The position numbers were made by a program, and so were the translations under genes. The notes beneath the pieces are model-generated. The model worked only from the letters and a program-made list of their open reading frames with translations. It made no database searches and was not told where the DNA came from. A DNA stretch of 56,390 nucleotides, from assembly GCA_013265495.1 (NCBI GenBank), contig MU057999.1, positions 1,054,001-1,110,390 of the forward strand. The letters are read 5' to 3'. The DNA is from Vicugna vicugna (lineage: Eukaryota). Below are positions 13,009 to 25,132 of the stretch, in pieces; the stretch's first letter is position 1; the number at the start of each line of letters is the position of its first letter.

Positions 13009-15920
13009 CCGGGTCAGATAGATGATCGCAATAATGAACCTACCCCGCCATCAGAGGTCGTATCAGAAACGAGGGCCTCTGCTGTAAACCCACAGCCTCA
13101 GAGCAGCCCCCAGCCCCCAGCCCCCACTGCCACACCTTCCCTTGGCTTAAAACCAAACCTTTAGTGGACAGACCAGTGAAGGAGGCTCCTCTCTGGGGGT
13201 GTGGGGCTGATTCAGCCACCCAGGCTGGAAGCCCTCACTTTCTCTCCTACTCACGCTTGAATGAGCCTGTGACAAGACTCAGCCAGTATTCAGCAGCGTC
13301 CAACTGATGCCTCCTTCCACCCCAAGCAGTCCTCTGTCCCCAGGTGACTCAAGGTAGAGAGGGAAATTGGAAGGAGATGTCAGGGTCATCTCAAGCCACA
13401 GCCCAGAGCAAAAGCAGAGAAGCCAATGTCCACAGGAGGAGAAAACAATTAGAAAAATAATTAATTCTGCTTTTGTATTCATATCCAGCCTCCAAATGAA
13501 TTGCTTATTTGTTTAATTTACTTTGACCAGAAGTGTTACTGCACCAAAAATATTTAATGAGTCAGGCTTCTTAATGGAAAATTCAAGCCTATTTGTGCAG
13601 TGAAATGAGTTTTCATCAACAGAGGGAGAACCGTGATCTAAGCAGTACCTTCTCGACGGGTTCGTCTGCTAGAAAAGGGGCAGTGGAAAAAGCATGAGTC
13701 CTCTACGCGCAGTTCATCCTTTGCACAGTTCATCCGTGTGCAAATTTCTCTTTGTGATCATACTCGTGGGCCTGATGTCTTTAGCTGACATTTAAATGCA
13801 GATTTTGGTTTTTCTCTAAGAATGTAGTTCATATAAGGAAAAGATAACCTTTCACCCTCAGCAGCTCGTATTCAGTCCCATCATCCATGCCTTTTAGGAA
13901 CTAATGGAATTTAATCTGAGGGCTCAGGGGGGCTTCTGCAGGCGGCCTGGGAGTTTTGGATCTCTCCGTGAAACCTTCAGGGTCCGGGCTGGGGAGACAG
14001 GAAATGGACTGGCCTCGGGGCTCTGGGACTTCTGCTTCTGACTCACCCAGAGCAGCTCTGCATCATTCTGTTCTCCACTTGATGCTTCAAGGAGTCTTTT
14101 CTTGGGAGAAAGGATTCCACAGCTTAAAAAGAAAAGAGGCTAGGAAAGCACTCATGTTAGGGGAATATCTCAGCTGAGACATCCCAGTGGGATGGGAATG
14201 GCCCCAGCCTCCCCAGTTTCTGCCTCTGAGATCAAGAAGCACCCCTGTCCCTGCTCCCTGCTCCCCTAGGACCGCTATATTCAGACATGCTCCATATTCC
14301 TTCCCAGGTACAGGCTGCAGAATCACAGCCCTGCCCCACCTCTCCGCACATTTTTCTCCTTTAAAGGCCAGTGTCCACATTTGCTGCAGCTATGCCATTT
14401 TCTGACCCCTTTAACTTCCAGCGCCTTTAGGGAAGAGCCCGCAATCATTCCAGTAAGGGCAAACTTTTACTGAACATCGATCGTGTTGCTGACACAGTGG
14501 GAAGAGTCTAAAAACATGACTTCTGCCCTAAAGAGTTTATTCCAGTGATGGAGACCCGAGAGGAGCACCTGGAAAGTTAGATCCCAGTGCACTGTGTCCC
14601 AAGGTGGCAATTATAGCCCCTTGAGGGTTATTAAAAATAAAGACTTTAAGTTGGGAGGAGGGGTGGGACCCTCTGGTGGGTGTAGTCTGGCACAGCTAAG
14701 CCAAGGCAGTGTGTGACCTGATCTGTACCTTTGAAGGCTGGTAGGACTATGAAGAGAGGTGGCCGTAGTGGGTGTTCCTGCAGGCAGAGATCCCCGAAGC
14801 TGAGTTCTGCTGGCACTTGGTGAGTGGAGCCTTGAGATGAGGACAGCGGGTTCCTGAGAGGGAGTGGAGGGAGGCAGCCTGGACTGGCCAGTGACTGCCA
14901 CAAGGGGAAATGTTAGGGAGGTAGTTGGGGCTTTTCCCACTGGGCAGCCATTGGAGGTTTTTGAGCATCAGAGGAAGTGGATAAAAAGAGCTTTGGAAAG
15001 GTTAATCTGGCCACAGCATACTTTAAAGTGAAGAAGATGAGAGATGGACAAGGGAGTTGGGACAGGATATTAGGTGTAAGGAGATACGGGTGACAAGACC
15101 TGGAGACAGGTGGACACGGAGCCGAGGGAACATGGTGACTCCTGGGCCCAAGTCACACCATCTGATGGGTGAGTCATGCCCCTCCCCTCCCCACTGTCAC
15201 AAGCTCTCCTTGTCCTCAAGGACAAGGTAGCCCAGCGTTTATTTCCTTGATTACTTCCCAGAAAAACTTCAGGTCACCTTGAGATGTTCCAGGAAAGCAT
15301 CTCTCTTCTGGAACATTTATCACACCAACCTCTGGGGAACCGTGCTGTTAGCCTTCCCTTTCTCCAAGCCCATTCTCATTCATTGCTCCACACTGACTGG
15401 GTTGACGTGTTTATCCCCTCAAAGTTATTTATCAGACAAATATCCAAGGCTTGTCACTGGATCATGCTTTTCACATTTACCTTGGGGAACTACGCCCAGG
15501 GATTGATTTGCATATGTGAACCGTGGTGGACCCAGAAGGAGACTTTGGGGTGGTGGCCGAGTCCCCTGGCCTGGCAGACTGGATCTAGTTGGAAGGAGCC
15601 ATGGACCACACAGGGCACATCCTCAGGATGTTTGGAAATTTCAGAACATCAGGGTTAAAATTCCTATTTTACAGTTGAAGAAGTAGAGGTCCAGAGAAGT
15701 TAAATAACCTTCACCCAAGATCACACAGCGAGCAGACGGCAGGGCCAGAATGGGACCCCTCGTCTCGCTGCAGCATCTGTGGAGCCCTGAGCATAGCCCT
15801 TCTCTATTTTGGCTAATTCCTGTTGCCCTGGGCTGGGACCCTTGGCTCCTGACTCTTCCTTATCGCCCTTGTTTTTCCTCACAGCTGAGACCTCTCTTGT
15901 AGATTGCAGACGGTTAGTCC

Positions 15921-16060
15921 GGAGGGGATGGTAGAGCTCAGTGGTAGAATGCATCCTTAGTGTGCACGAGGTCCTGGGTTCCTTCCCCAGTACCTCCATT
16001 AAAACAAATAAATAAATAAACCTAATTACCCCCCCCAAAAAAATTGAAAAAAAAAAAAGC
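15921..16060 (+). mobile_element. tRNA-derived SINE, Vic-1-like (the only sense copy)
   Basis: gctcagtggtagaatgc...gtcctgggttcc...cctccattaaaacaaataaataaataaacctaattacc plus poly(A). TSD core ggttagtcc at 15912-15920 and 16069-16077. Confidence 0.92.
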
Positions 16061-16109
16061 AAACAGGTGGTTAGTCCAAGGATGATTTGGCCAGGAAATT
16101 CTGTTCTAC

Positions 16110-16275
16110 AAAAATAGAAGAGGTTAGTGTTACCACATGATCCAGCAGTTCCTGTCCTAGATAGACCCAAGAGAAATGCAAACGTTAAGTCCACAAAGAA
16201 ACTTGTATGTGAATGTTCTTAGCAGCATTATTTACAATCGTCAAAATGTGGAAACAACCCAAATGTCCAACAAAT
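16110..16275 (+). mobile_element. Old L1M ORF2 3' fragment
   Basis: ccacatgatccagcagttcc...gaatgttcttagcagcattatttacaat...tggaaacaacccaaatgtcca. Confidence 0.7.
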
Positions 16276-16929
16276 CATGGACGTTTGTCCTAGAAACAGC
16301 AGTGCCCAGGATGATACAAGGGGTGATGATAAACCTCAGATGCACACTGTCCAGGCTGGGGCAGCCACATTGCTCCGAGGAGTCCCAAAGGGTCCCTGAG
16401 AGGGCCTCCCCACCACGAACCACGTGAAGAGACTGAGGAAAGCTTCCCCTCCACACACACCCAGCATGCGTTATTTTGAGGGTGGCAATGAGCTCTCATC
16501 CTTGGGAGGCTCAGATAGGAAAGCCCTCTACCTCAAGAGACCACTTGCCTTCCAGGAAGTTTGCTGGTCTTGTTATCTGAACCCAGGTAGAAGGGACTCA
16601 GCTGTGACCTGCACCCTGCTCTAGGGCGGCTGAGAGGTGACCTCACAGCAAGGTTGTCCCTGGCATGACTTCCACCCGCAGAAGCAACACCGTCTTCCCT
16701 TTCAGACAAGACTTGCTGAACTCTGAAAACCCAAGTTCCACATTGTTATACCTCTTCAAACATCTTACTCCAACCGATAAACTTCATTTTGAATGTATGT
16801 GTGTTTTGCTACTATTGGTCTCCAGAACTCCTGATACTTTTGATGTCTTAAATTATTTTACCACACTAAATGGTTACATCATTTCTTATGTCCCCAAATG
16901 GATTGTGGTGATAACTGTTGACAGAATTC

Positions 16930-18017
16930 TTTTTTTTAACATTTTTTCTTGATTTATAATCGTTTTACAATGTTGTGTCAAATTCCAGTGTAGAGCACAA
17001 TTTTTCAGTTATACATGAACATATATATATTCATTGTCACATTCCTTGCTCTGTGGGCTACCATAAGATCTTGTATATATTTCCTTGTGCTGTACAGTAT
17101 AATCTTGTTTATCTATTCTACAATTTTGAAATCCCAGTCTCTCTTTTCCCACCCCCCACCCCCTTGGCAACCACAAGTTTGTATTCTATGTCTATGAGTC
17201 TATTTCTGTTCTGTACTTATGCTTTGTTTGTTTTTTTGTTTTGTTTTGTTTTTTGTTTTATTTTTAGATTCCACATATGAGCGATCTCATATGGTATTTT
17301 TCTTTCTCTTTTTGGCTTACTTCACTTAGAATGACATTCTCTAGGACCATCCATGTTGCTGCAAATGGCGTTATGTTGTCGGTTTTTATGGCTGAATAGT
17401 ATTCCATTGTATAAATATACCACATCTTCTTTATCCAGTCACCTGTTGATGGATATTTAGGCTGTTTCCATGTTTTGGCTATTGTAAATAGTGCTGCTAT
17501 GAACATTGGGGTGCAGGTGTCATCCTGAAGTAGATTTCCTTCTGGATAAAAGCCCAGGAGTGGGATTCCTGGGTCATACAGTAAGTCTATTCCTAGTCTT
17601 TTGAGGAATCTGCACACTGTTTTCCATAGTGGCTGCACCAAACTGCATTCCCACCAGCAGTGTAGGAGCATTTCCCTTTCTCCACAGCCCCTCCAGCATT
17701 TGTCATTTGTGGATTTTTGAATGACGGCCATTCTGACTGGTGTGAGGTGATAACCTCATTGTAGTTTTGATTTGCATTTCTCTGATAATTAGTGATACTG
17801 AGCATCTTTTCATGTGCCTTTTGATCATTTGTATGTCTTCCTTGGAGAATTGCTTGTTTAGGTCTTCTGCCCATTTTTAGATTGGGTTGTTTATTTTTTT
17901 CTTATTGAGTCATATGAACTGCTTATATATTCTGGAGATCAAGCCTTTGTCAGTTTCATTTGCAAAAATTTTTTCCCATTCTGTAGGTTGTCTTTTTGTT
18001 TTACTTATGATTTCCTT
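16930..18017 (-). mobile_element. L1 3' portion (ORF2 C-terminus, 3' UTR, poly(A)); non-inverted arm of a 5'-inverted insertion
   Basis: ORF 17264-17731(-) contains KCWRGCGE...HCWWEC (ORF2 CCHC motif) and WIKKMWYIYTMEYYSAIK; poly(T) at about 16930. Confidence 0.95.
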
Positions 18018-18385
18018 ATAGACCAATGGAACAGAATAGAGAGCCCAGAAATGAACCCACAAACTTTTGGTCAACTAATCTTCAACAAAGGAGGCAAGAA
18101 TATACAATGGAATAAAGACAGTCTCTTCAGCAAATGGTGTTGGGAAAACTGGACAGCAGCATGTAAATCAATGAAGCTAGAACACTCCCTTACACCATAT
18201 ACAAAAATCAACTCAAAATGGATCAAAGACTTAAACATAAGACAAGATACAGTAAACCTCCTAGAGGAAAATACAGGCAAAACATTATCTGACATACATC
18301 TCAAAAGTTTTCTCCTAGAAGAAATAAAAGCAAGAATAAACAAATGGGATCTAATGAAACTTACAAGCTTTTGCACAGCAAAGAA
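18018..18385 (+). mobile_element. L1 ORF2 segment, inverted arm of the same insertion
   Basis: [11 protein letters not shown]...[11 protein letters not shown]...[14 protein letters not shown]...[14 protein letters not shown] on the + strand, opposite to the adjacent arm. Confidence 0.95.
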
Positions 18386-18649
18386 AGACTTCTTTTTACA
18401 CAAAAATCAATGAAGACGTTAGGAAGTAATTTTTGATAAGCAAACATAATGTTTTAGAACTTCATAACTGTCCTAGGGAAAAAGCGTCAACTCATTCTCA
18501 CATTTTGGAATCTGACACGCTTAGTTGTGGGGGGGAAATGCCCCTAGCAAATAAGGAAAACAAAATGAGTAAGGGAAAACTTTGAACATGACTGAGTCAG
18601 TAACTACATTAAAAGGTCAAGGAATGTTATAAATATAAAATAATATGGT

Positions 18650-19700
18650 CCAGGTGAACCTGGGATAGGAGATTGATGCTCCACATGTGAAGATTCCAAG
18701 GTCCAGATTTTGGGTTATTAATTTCTGAGATAGATTCACGCCACACCCCCAAGACCCAGCCTGAGTCTCACAGGAGTGCAATCCTTACGAACTCCTTTGG
18801 AATCCTTCTTACAAGTGGAGAGCTGGCTGATGCTCTTCCAGGTCTCATCCATGTGCCACTGGCAGTTTGGGCTGATGCTTGTCCATTGTCACTTGTGAGT
18901 TCTTTCGTCGCTTGCAATTTGGGCCAACCTATCCCTGCAGTTTAATCTACATTTCACTTGTCAGTTCAGGCAAGAGCATTCTGTGCTGTCTGTGATATAC
19001 TACCTTAGATCTGTCTGCTTCAAAAGCAATTTGGGAGTAAGTTCTTCCCGAAGTCTTCCTTGACAAAAACAGAGAAGGCTCACTCAGTCTGCCTTTGCAT
19101 TGTCTCCATCCCTGAGCTCCTTGACCAATGACGTTCAAGTCTCTACTTGTGACACATTTAAAGGGCTTCTTTTTATTGGCTGTAGATGTTCTTTCAGACA
19201 CTCCTGGTTCTGATTCTGTTTGCTTGTTGATTTTCCTCAGTGCCTGACAAGACACTTGTCCTTCCTTCCCCTCCCTCGTCTTCAAATCTTGGCTTCCTTT
19301 TGGGTTCACCTCTGTATTTGATTGAGGAGTGCAGAGCAATTTTGATTGTGTTTGGGTTTTTTGAGCTCTGCCTTTATGGGCCAATCAGATCTTTCTGGAT
19401 CCTTCAGTACCATCTTTCCAAATAGCCCCTAGGCTAATTTTTGTCCTCACTTTTTCTAAAGAAAGGTCTATATTTGCTTATTTGCTAAATTTTCATAATT
19501 TTCATCTTCTATCCATAGAATGTTTAATTTAGTCAAAAGCATTCTGTGTGCTTGTGTGGGAGAGACTCATTCAAGCATTCAGTGAAACTGTTCCTTCATC
19601 TGAGGATGCAGGTTTATGGAGAAAAGACAGCTGACCGGGACTTACTGTTCAAACCATCGAATTCAGGGGTCCCAGGGGGCTGCTTCTTTGAATGAATCTT
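18650..19700 (-). mobile_element. Ancient CR1/L3 ORF2 relic
   Basis: Minus-strand NKKKPFKCVTSR resembles CR1 NKKxFxKY; a KA..SVF-like and an NYRPVSL-like segment follow in the expected order. Highly decayed, with uncertain boundaries. Confidence 0.4.
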
Positions 19701-20278
19701 CCCGTCCCTTCTTAATCTGCCTTAGTTTTGCTAGAAGTCGGTGTCTGAGTGGATACCTGAGCCCTTTTTGATTTTTCTGTTTCGTCTGAAGGCTTTATAG
19801 CATGTAAAACACCAGATCTAGATGTGGCATTTGCACTTGGAGAAAGAAAGAAAGAAACAAACAAACCCGTCACAGTCGGTGATCACCGGTGGCAGAATAC
19901 CAAATGTGAGCTGTGCCTGATTTTCAGGGAGGAGAATACCCAGTACTTTCTTACTTTCTCCCCTGTGCAAAATCCCGTCTCTATTAAACTGTAAGACATT
20001 TCGAGTGACCTCTTTGAGGATAAATAGCCCACCAAGGGGTCTGTGACACTGCTGTCATCCCCATAAACCTAAGAAACGCTGGCAGCAGTGACTGTTACTC
20101 TGGCAGCTTCTCCTGGATCTGTGCGCTGCTGATTGGCCGCTGGGAGGTCCTTGCATCTGCGTAATAGGGCGTGCCTCTCGGTGGGTGTGGCTCTCCGTTG
20201 CCTCTGGAACATCCTACAGAATGATTGCCTTTTTCTCGTCTGACCCCAACCAGGACTTCGCGGCAGGACTGTGACTTC

Positions 20279-20481
20279 TTTTTTTTTTTTTTTTTCCAAT
20301 TTTTTTTTTATCTTTTTTTGGAGGAGGTAATTAGGTTCTTCATTTTTGTGTGTGTGTTTGTGTGGGAGGAGGTAATTAGGTTTATTTATTTATTTATTCT
20401 TAGAGGAGGTGCTGGGGATTGAACCCAGGACCTCATGCATGCTGAACATGCTCTCTACCACTTGAGCTCTACTACCCTCCT
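20279..20481 (-). mobile_element. Vic-1-like SINE with duplicated tail module
   Basis: Two ggaggaggtaattagg modules; head gggattgaacccaggacc; TSD-like tgtgactt on both flanks. Confidence 0.9.
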
Positions 20482-20640
20482 AGGGTTGTGACTTTCTCAT
20501 TTGTCCTTCTGTCCTGGGTGGTCAGAGCCAGGGGCTGGCACAATGGTTGGCAAACATGAGTTTTGAATGATGGCTTTCCAGGGATTCGAGGCAAAGAAGA
20601 GAACCAAACCCATCAAAATCCTCAAGATTAGTCTTTCCAA

Positions 20641-20784
20641 TTTTTTTCTTGTTTTTGGGGGGGATGGGTGTGGGAAGAGGTAATTAGGTTTATTTATGTA
20701 TTTATTTAATGGAGGTACTGGGGATTAAACCCAGGGACTCATGCGTGCTAGGCATGAGCTCTGCCACTGAGCTCTACCCTCCCC
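20641..20784 (-). mobile_element. Vic-1-like SINE
   Basis: ggtaattaggtttattt...ggaggtactggggattaaaccc...ccactgagctctaccctcccc; TSD-like ctttccaattt / ctttctaattt. Confidence 0.9.
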
Positions 20785-21199
20785 GCTTTCTAATTTCTAA
20801 TACGTGATGCTTCAGCTCTCAAGGCAGAAAGGATCCTGAACGCCTACATGGCACTGACATGACCGACACCGTGTGGATCAAGTCGTGTTTCCAGGGCAGC
20901 TCTTTCAGTCTGGTGGGGGAGGGGACTTTGGGGGACTATTATCCCCTCCCCATCCTGGTGGATTCAGCAGGGTCCCAAACCATCCCGACGGACACCAGAA
21001 CACCGCCTCATCTTCCCCGAGGTGACTTCACCCTCTCCCGGGGCTCTGCGCCGCGCACACAGGTCTTGGGGGAAAAAGAGCCTTGGGCCAGCCACCCCAT
21101 TAATCATCCAGCCTACGCTAAAGCTGCCCTCGGTTCCTCGTTTCACTTCAGTGGCTCAGCAGCCGCATCCCACACGTCCTGCCCTCCCGGAACGGAGAC

Positions 21200-22378
21200 T
21201 CCCGCTTCACTTCTAGGCAACCGCACCGTGGTTCTCCTCCCACTTCACTGGCCTTTCTTTCTCAGGCCCCTTGGTGGCTTTCCCTCATCTCCTGAATCTC
21301 AGAATATATATTCTCTTCTGCTCCTTTTCTTGGTGGTCTCTTGTTATTTCCGGTGCTTTCAGTATCTTTGTGATACTGATGACTTCAGTTTTATGACTCC
21401 AGCCTGGACCTCTTCTGCGTGCATCTGCCTCCTCGGCGGCTACTCTGGGACATCCCGGATGTCTCAAAGCGAACAGGGCCAAAGCGGAGCGCCCGGTCTT
21501 TCCTCCCACACTGCCTGTGCCGACATCTCCCCTGATCTCAGTTGATAACACCCACTTTTCCAGCTGCTCAGAACAGAAACCTGGGAGCCATTTTGATTCT
21601 TCTGTGTCTTCCACATCCCACAGCCATTGAGACAGTCTAAATATATTCAGAATCTGACCACCTCCACTCTCACCACCTCCACCACCGTGAGCCTGGTCCA
21701 AGTCACCACACCCTTCCAGCTGGATTAGTGCAGTAGTGCTGGGAGGATTCTTTCAGCTTTCACACGGCCCCTGCGCTCTATTCGCAATGCAGCAGGGGGG
21801 GTTCTGTCAACGTGTAAGTCACATGATGTCACTCCTTTGTTCACGACCCTCCCATGGGTCTTCACTGCACTCAGTAGGAGCCAGCATCCTCTCAGTGTCT
21901 CTCAGGGCCCTACCATCTGTGGCCTCTTCTCTCCATCAGTCCCACTGGCTCTTTGCTGTTGCCCTGAAATGCCAGGCTGCTCCCAGATCAAACTTTGCCC
22001 TGGCCTCTCCCCATCACATGCTTTTCTCCCAGGTATCTGGCTGGCTCCCTTCCTCCTGTGCTCCTAAACCTACTTCTCAGGCAGGGCTTGGCTGACCACA
22101 TGGTTTAGAACGCAGCCTTCATCCAGCCAGCCTCCTACATTTTGGCTTCCCGGGTCCCTTCCCTGCATCCCTATCCATTCTGTATCTCCTCTTCCCATTG
22201 TATTTAATATTTTTAACATACATTGTGGTTTATTTATTTATTGTCTCTGAATCCCTCCACTAGAAGATAAGCTCTATGAAGGCAAGAAATTTTAATTTGC
22301 TCACAGTGGCATCTCTAGAATCTAAGACAGTTACTGGCACGTGACAGTTGCTCAGTAAATATTTGCTTAAATAAATAG
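21200..22378 (+). mobile_element. L2 (L2a-like) 3' ~1.2 kb
   Basis: tgatgacttc...ccagctgctcag...aaacctgggagccattttgattc...cagaatctgaccac, ending gctcagtaaatatttgcttaaataaat. Confidence 0.75.
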
Positions 22379-22424
22379 TGTATCTGGGCCATGAGACTAA
22401 GTTGGAAGGAAGAGAAGATGCATT

Positions 22425-23100
22425 TGATGGTTGAACCAGATCAAAAATGATTTCAACTTACTAGATTAATAGGCCAGATTTGACACCGTAAAGATACCTA
22501 GAGACATGTAAATCCCTGGAGTCAAAGCCCGAAGTCAACCCTGTACACCAAAGATGAGGAGCGTACCATGGGAAAACCTGAGGGTTATATTTGACTATGG
22601 TTTCAAAATCAAACAGTGGGGACATGTTTTTGAAGCAAAGGCTAATGGTCACGTTAATAGATGTATAGTACACAGATCATGGTGGATATTAGTTTTACTC
22701 TAATCTTTGCTGTTCAAACAGCAGTGAGAGAATTGAGTTCACCTCTGAGCCTCACGCCTAGAGAGATTTAGATAACATGAGCCCCATTTGGAAAAGAGCA
22801 GATCATGGGAGAAATGTTCACAGTATCTGGCCATTCTTTGCAGTGGGAAAAACTCAGGGGAGACCTAACTAGTTTCTTGAACTTTTTGACAAGCCATTCC
22901 GTGGAAGAGGGAACATTCTATATTACTTCAGTTGGCAGAGCTGAGACCAGGGGGAAGAAGACATATTTCAGATATGAATAAGGAAGACGTGCAGATTGGT
23001 GAGTGCTACCCAGGTATGGAGCAGCGGTTCCTAGGGACAATGAGCCTCCCATCCCTGGGGATGCAGCAGGGCTGGGCAGAGACTACTTGACAGGGGACTT
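22425..23100 (+). mobile_element. L3/CR1 3' fragment
   Basis: gatcaaaaatgat...aaaacctgagggttatatttgact...aaaactcaggggagacctaa...gtggaagaggga...tgagcctcccatccctgg follows the L3 3' order. Confidence 0.6.
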
Positions 23101-23104
23101 CAGG

Positions 23105-23521
23105 ACTGCATCAATTCAGGTCCTCCACGAAGCAGATGCCAAGATGGTATTAGATGTGCCAGAGATTTTCTGGGAAAATAAGAGGCTGGGAGAGCCATCA
23201 GACCACAACAAAGCCTAATCCTTCCAAAGGAGAGAGAGAAGGAAGGAGGATTGGATGGGAAGAGTCTTAGACTGCCACGAGTACAAGGAAGCACTGGGAA
23301 GTCCAATGGGGAGTGCTTGAGCGAAAGTCGTCCATCAGAAGAGTCAGGAATGGACCTACCGTAGCATCCTTGCCACTCTCAGCCCTTGGCTGGGAGCAGC
23401 ATGTGGGAAGCAGACTCTGTGTGGATGTGGTGATGGACTGCAGAATGCAGAGCTGGGCCCGTTAGGCAGTGATGCTCCCAAGAGTAGGAGCTCTGAGAGG
23501 CACATTTTTGAGGCCATCACA
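23105..23521 (-). mobile_element. LTR16A-like ERVL solo LTR
   Basis: aagcagatgccaagatgg...gggaagagtcttagactgc...ttggctgggagcagc...ggccatcaca matches my recollection of antisense LTR16A. Confidence 0.7.
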
Positions 23522-24384
23522 AGGTCTCTAATGGGAACCAGGCAAAATCCCAGGCAGACACTCTGAGTCTAAGGGCTCCTCACGGCACCCCTCACACTGT
23601 GCTCTCCTATGGCTCTCTGGACTGTGAGCATCTTCAGAACAAGTGCCCTGCATCTCCACCCCGGCCGGGGGCTCATATAGTAGGTGCTCACTGAGAGTCC
23701 AGCAGATCGCAGAGAACGTGGTAACCCCTGTGACCCGGTAGCCATGCTCTGCAATTTCAGGTCTTGGAGGGGAATCTGTTAACTTAGAATGGGGATAGTA
23801 AATGTCGCTCAGCCATGGTCCCCAGAGAAACCCTTGGAAAGTGGAGTTTGTGCGAGGAAACGACCTTCATCACTGCAGAAGCACCAGGACCAAACGGAAC
23901 AGCCCCTGAGCAGAGCGCGGACTGCAGCCTCATCCATAACCCGCCTCCTCCCCTAGACAGAGAGCCCTCATTTATTATTTCGACTGTTTTCATTTTACAC
24001 CGTGTGAAAAATGTCAAATTTGGAAATAAATAATCTTCTTTTTAAACGGAGATTTCAGAAGCACTTCGCAGATTTTGGAATGATTATTCTGTTTCCAAAT
24101 GTTTGGTTGGTTCGTGTATCATTTCTTCATTTATATTTGTGAGCTCTTGATAGCAGACGGCCTCATTTGGAAAACTGATGGGAAGTCTAAGAGAACACTG
24201 TTGTTGGTCTGTGTTTGTGTCTTTTTGAGAGATACCCCCGTCTTTACTTTTTTAAAAAAAATTTTCCCCAATGTTATTCTTGAGCCACATTCGATTTTAT
24301 CAGGTTTTCTCATTTTTGCCAAACTAGTGGGTGTGAAATGGCATCTCACTGAGTTTTTAAAAATTTTTAAATATTATTTACTTA

Positions 24385-24514
24385 ATTTTTTTTTGGAGGG
24401 GCAGGTAATTAGTTTTATTCATCTATTTATTTAATGGAGGTACCAGGGCTTGAACCCAGGACCTCGTGCATGCTAGCTAGGCACACACTCTTCCACTGAA
24501 CTACACCCTACCCC
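24385..24514 (-). mobile_element. Vic-1-like SINE
   Basis: ggcaggtaattag...taatggaggtaccagggcttgaacccaggacctcgtgcatgc...ccactgaactacaccc. Confidence 0.88.
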
Positions 24515-25132
24515 TTCTCTAACTTTCGAAACACAGCAAAATCTTACATGCCATCTCAGAAGGAGATATTTGCTAGAATGTTCCTTCCCACCACTCAGCA
24601 ATTCCGATCTGACTAGTTCTGCTCTCTCGCTGTCATCCTTGCCCCCAGATTCTCTTCCCTGTGATGGCTCAGCCCATTACTGCAAGGCTGAAGTTCCTCC
24701 CACATTATCTACTCAAAACCACCCCATGGCTCCTCTTGTCCTAACGCCTGAAGCCTGGGCTTGTCCTGCTGGTCACGCTTTCCGTGCCTGACTCCAGCTT
24801 CCCCAGAGTTTCCACACTGTTTTCCTGTGATTCCTCTAACCACCTCTTTTTTCAAGCCTTGCTCGCTCCTGCCCAGAAAACACCATGTCTGCTCCAGCCC
24901 CTGCCCTCACACACGTTCTCCCATCCTAAATCGTCATCTTTTCTCTCCTTTGGTATCCAAACTCCATTCATTCTGCAAAACCCATGCGAAGTTCTGTAGA
25001 TCCAGCTCAGCTGATGGGAAAGAAAGAAAGGGCAGGGTTCCAACCTTTCTCTGCCTACTTTTCTCTGAAAGATGGCACCTCTCATCTAGTCGAGAGTCTG
25101 CTCACCTGCCCTGTCTCTCCCTCTCTCCGCAG

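Noticed and set aside
17264..18413. 155-aa and 141-aa ORFs as host genes
   Set aside because: They are L1 ORF2 fragments; the 141-aa ORF spans the inversion junction.
20859..21545. 228-aa + strand ORF
   Set aside because: No domain similarity, low-complexity composition, and it overlaps an L2 relic.
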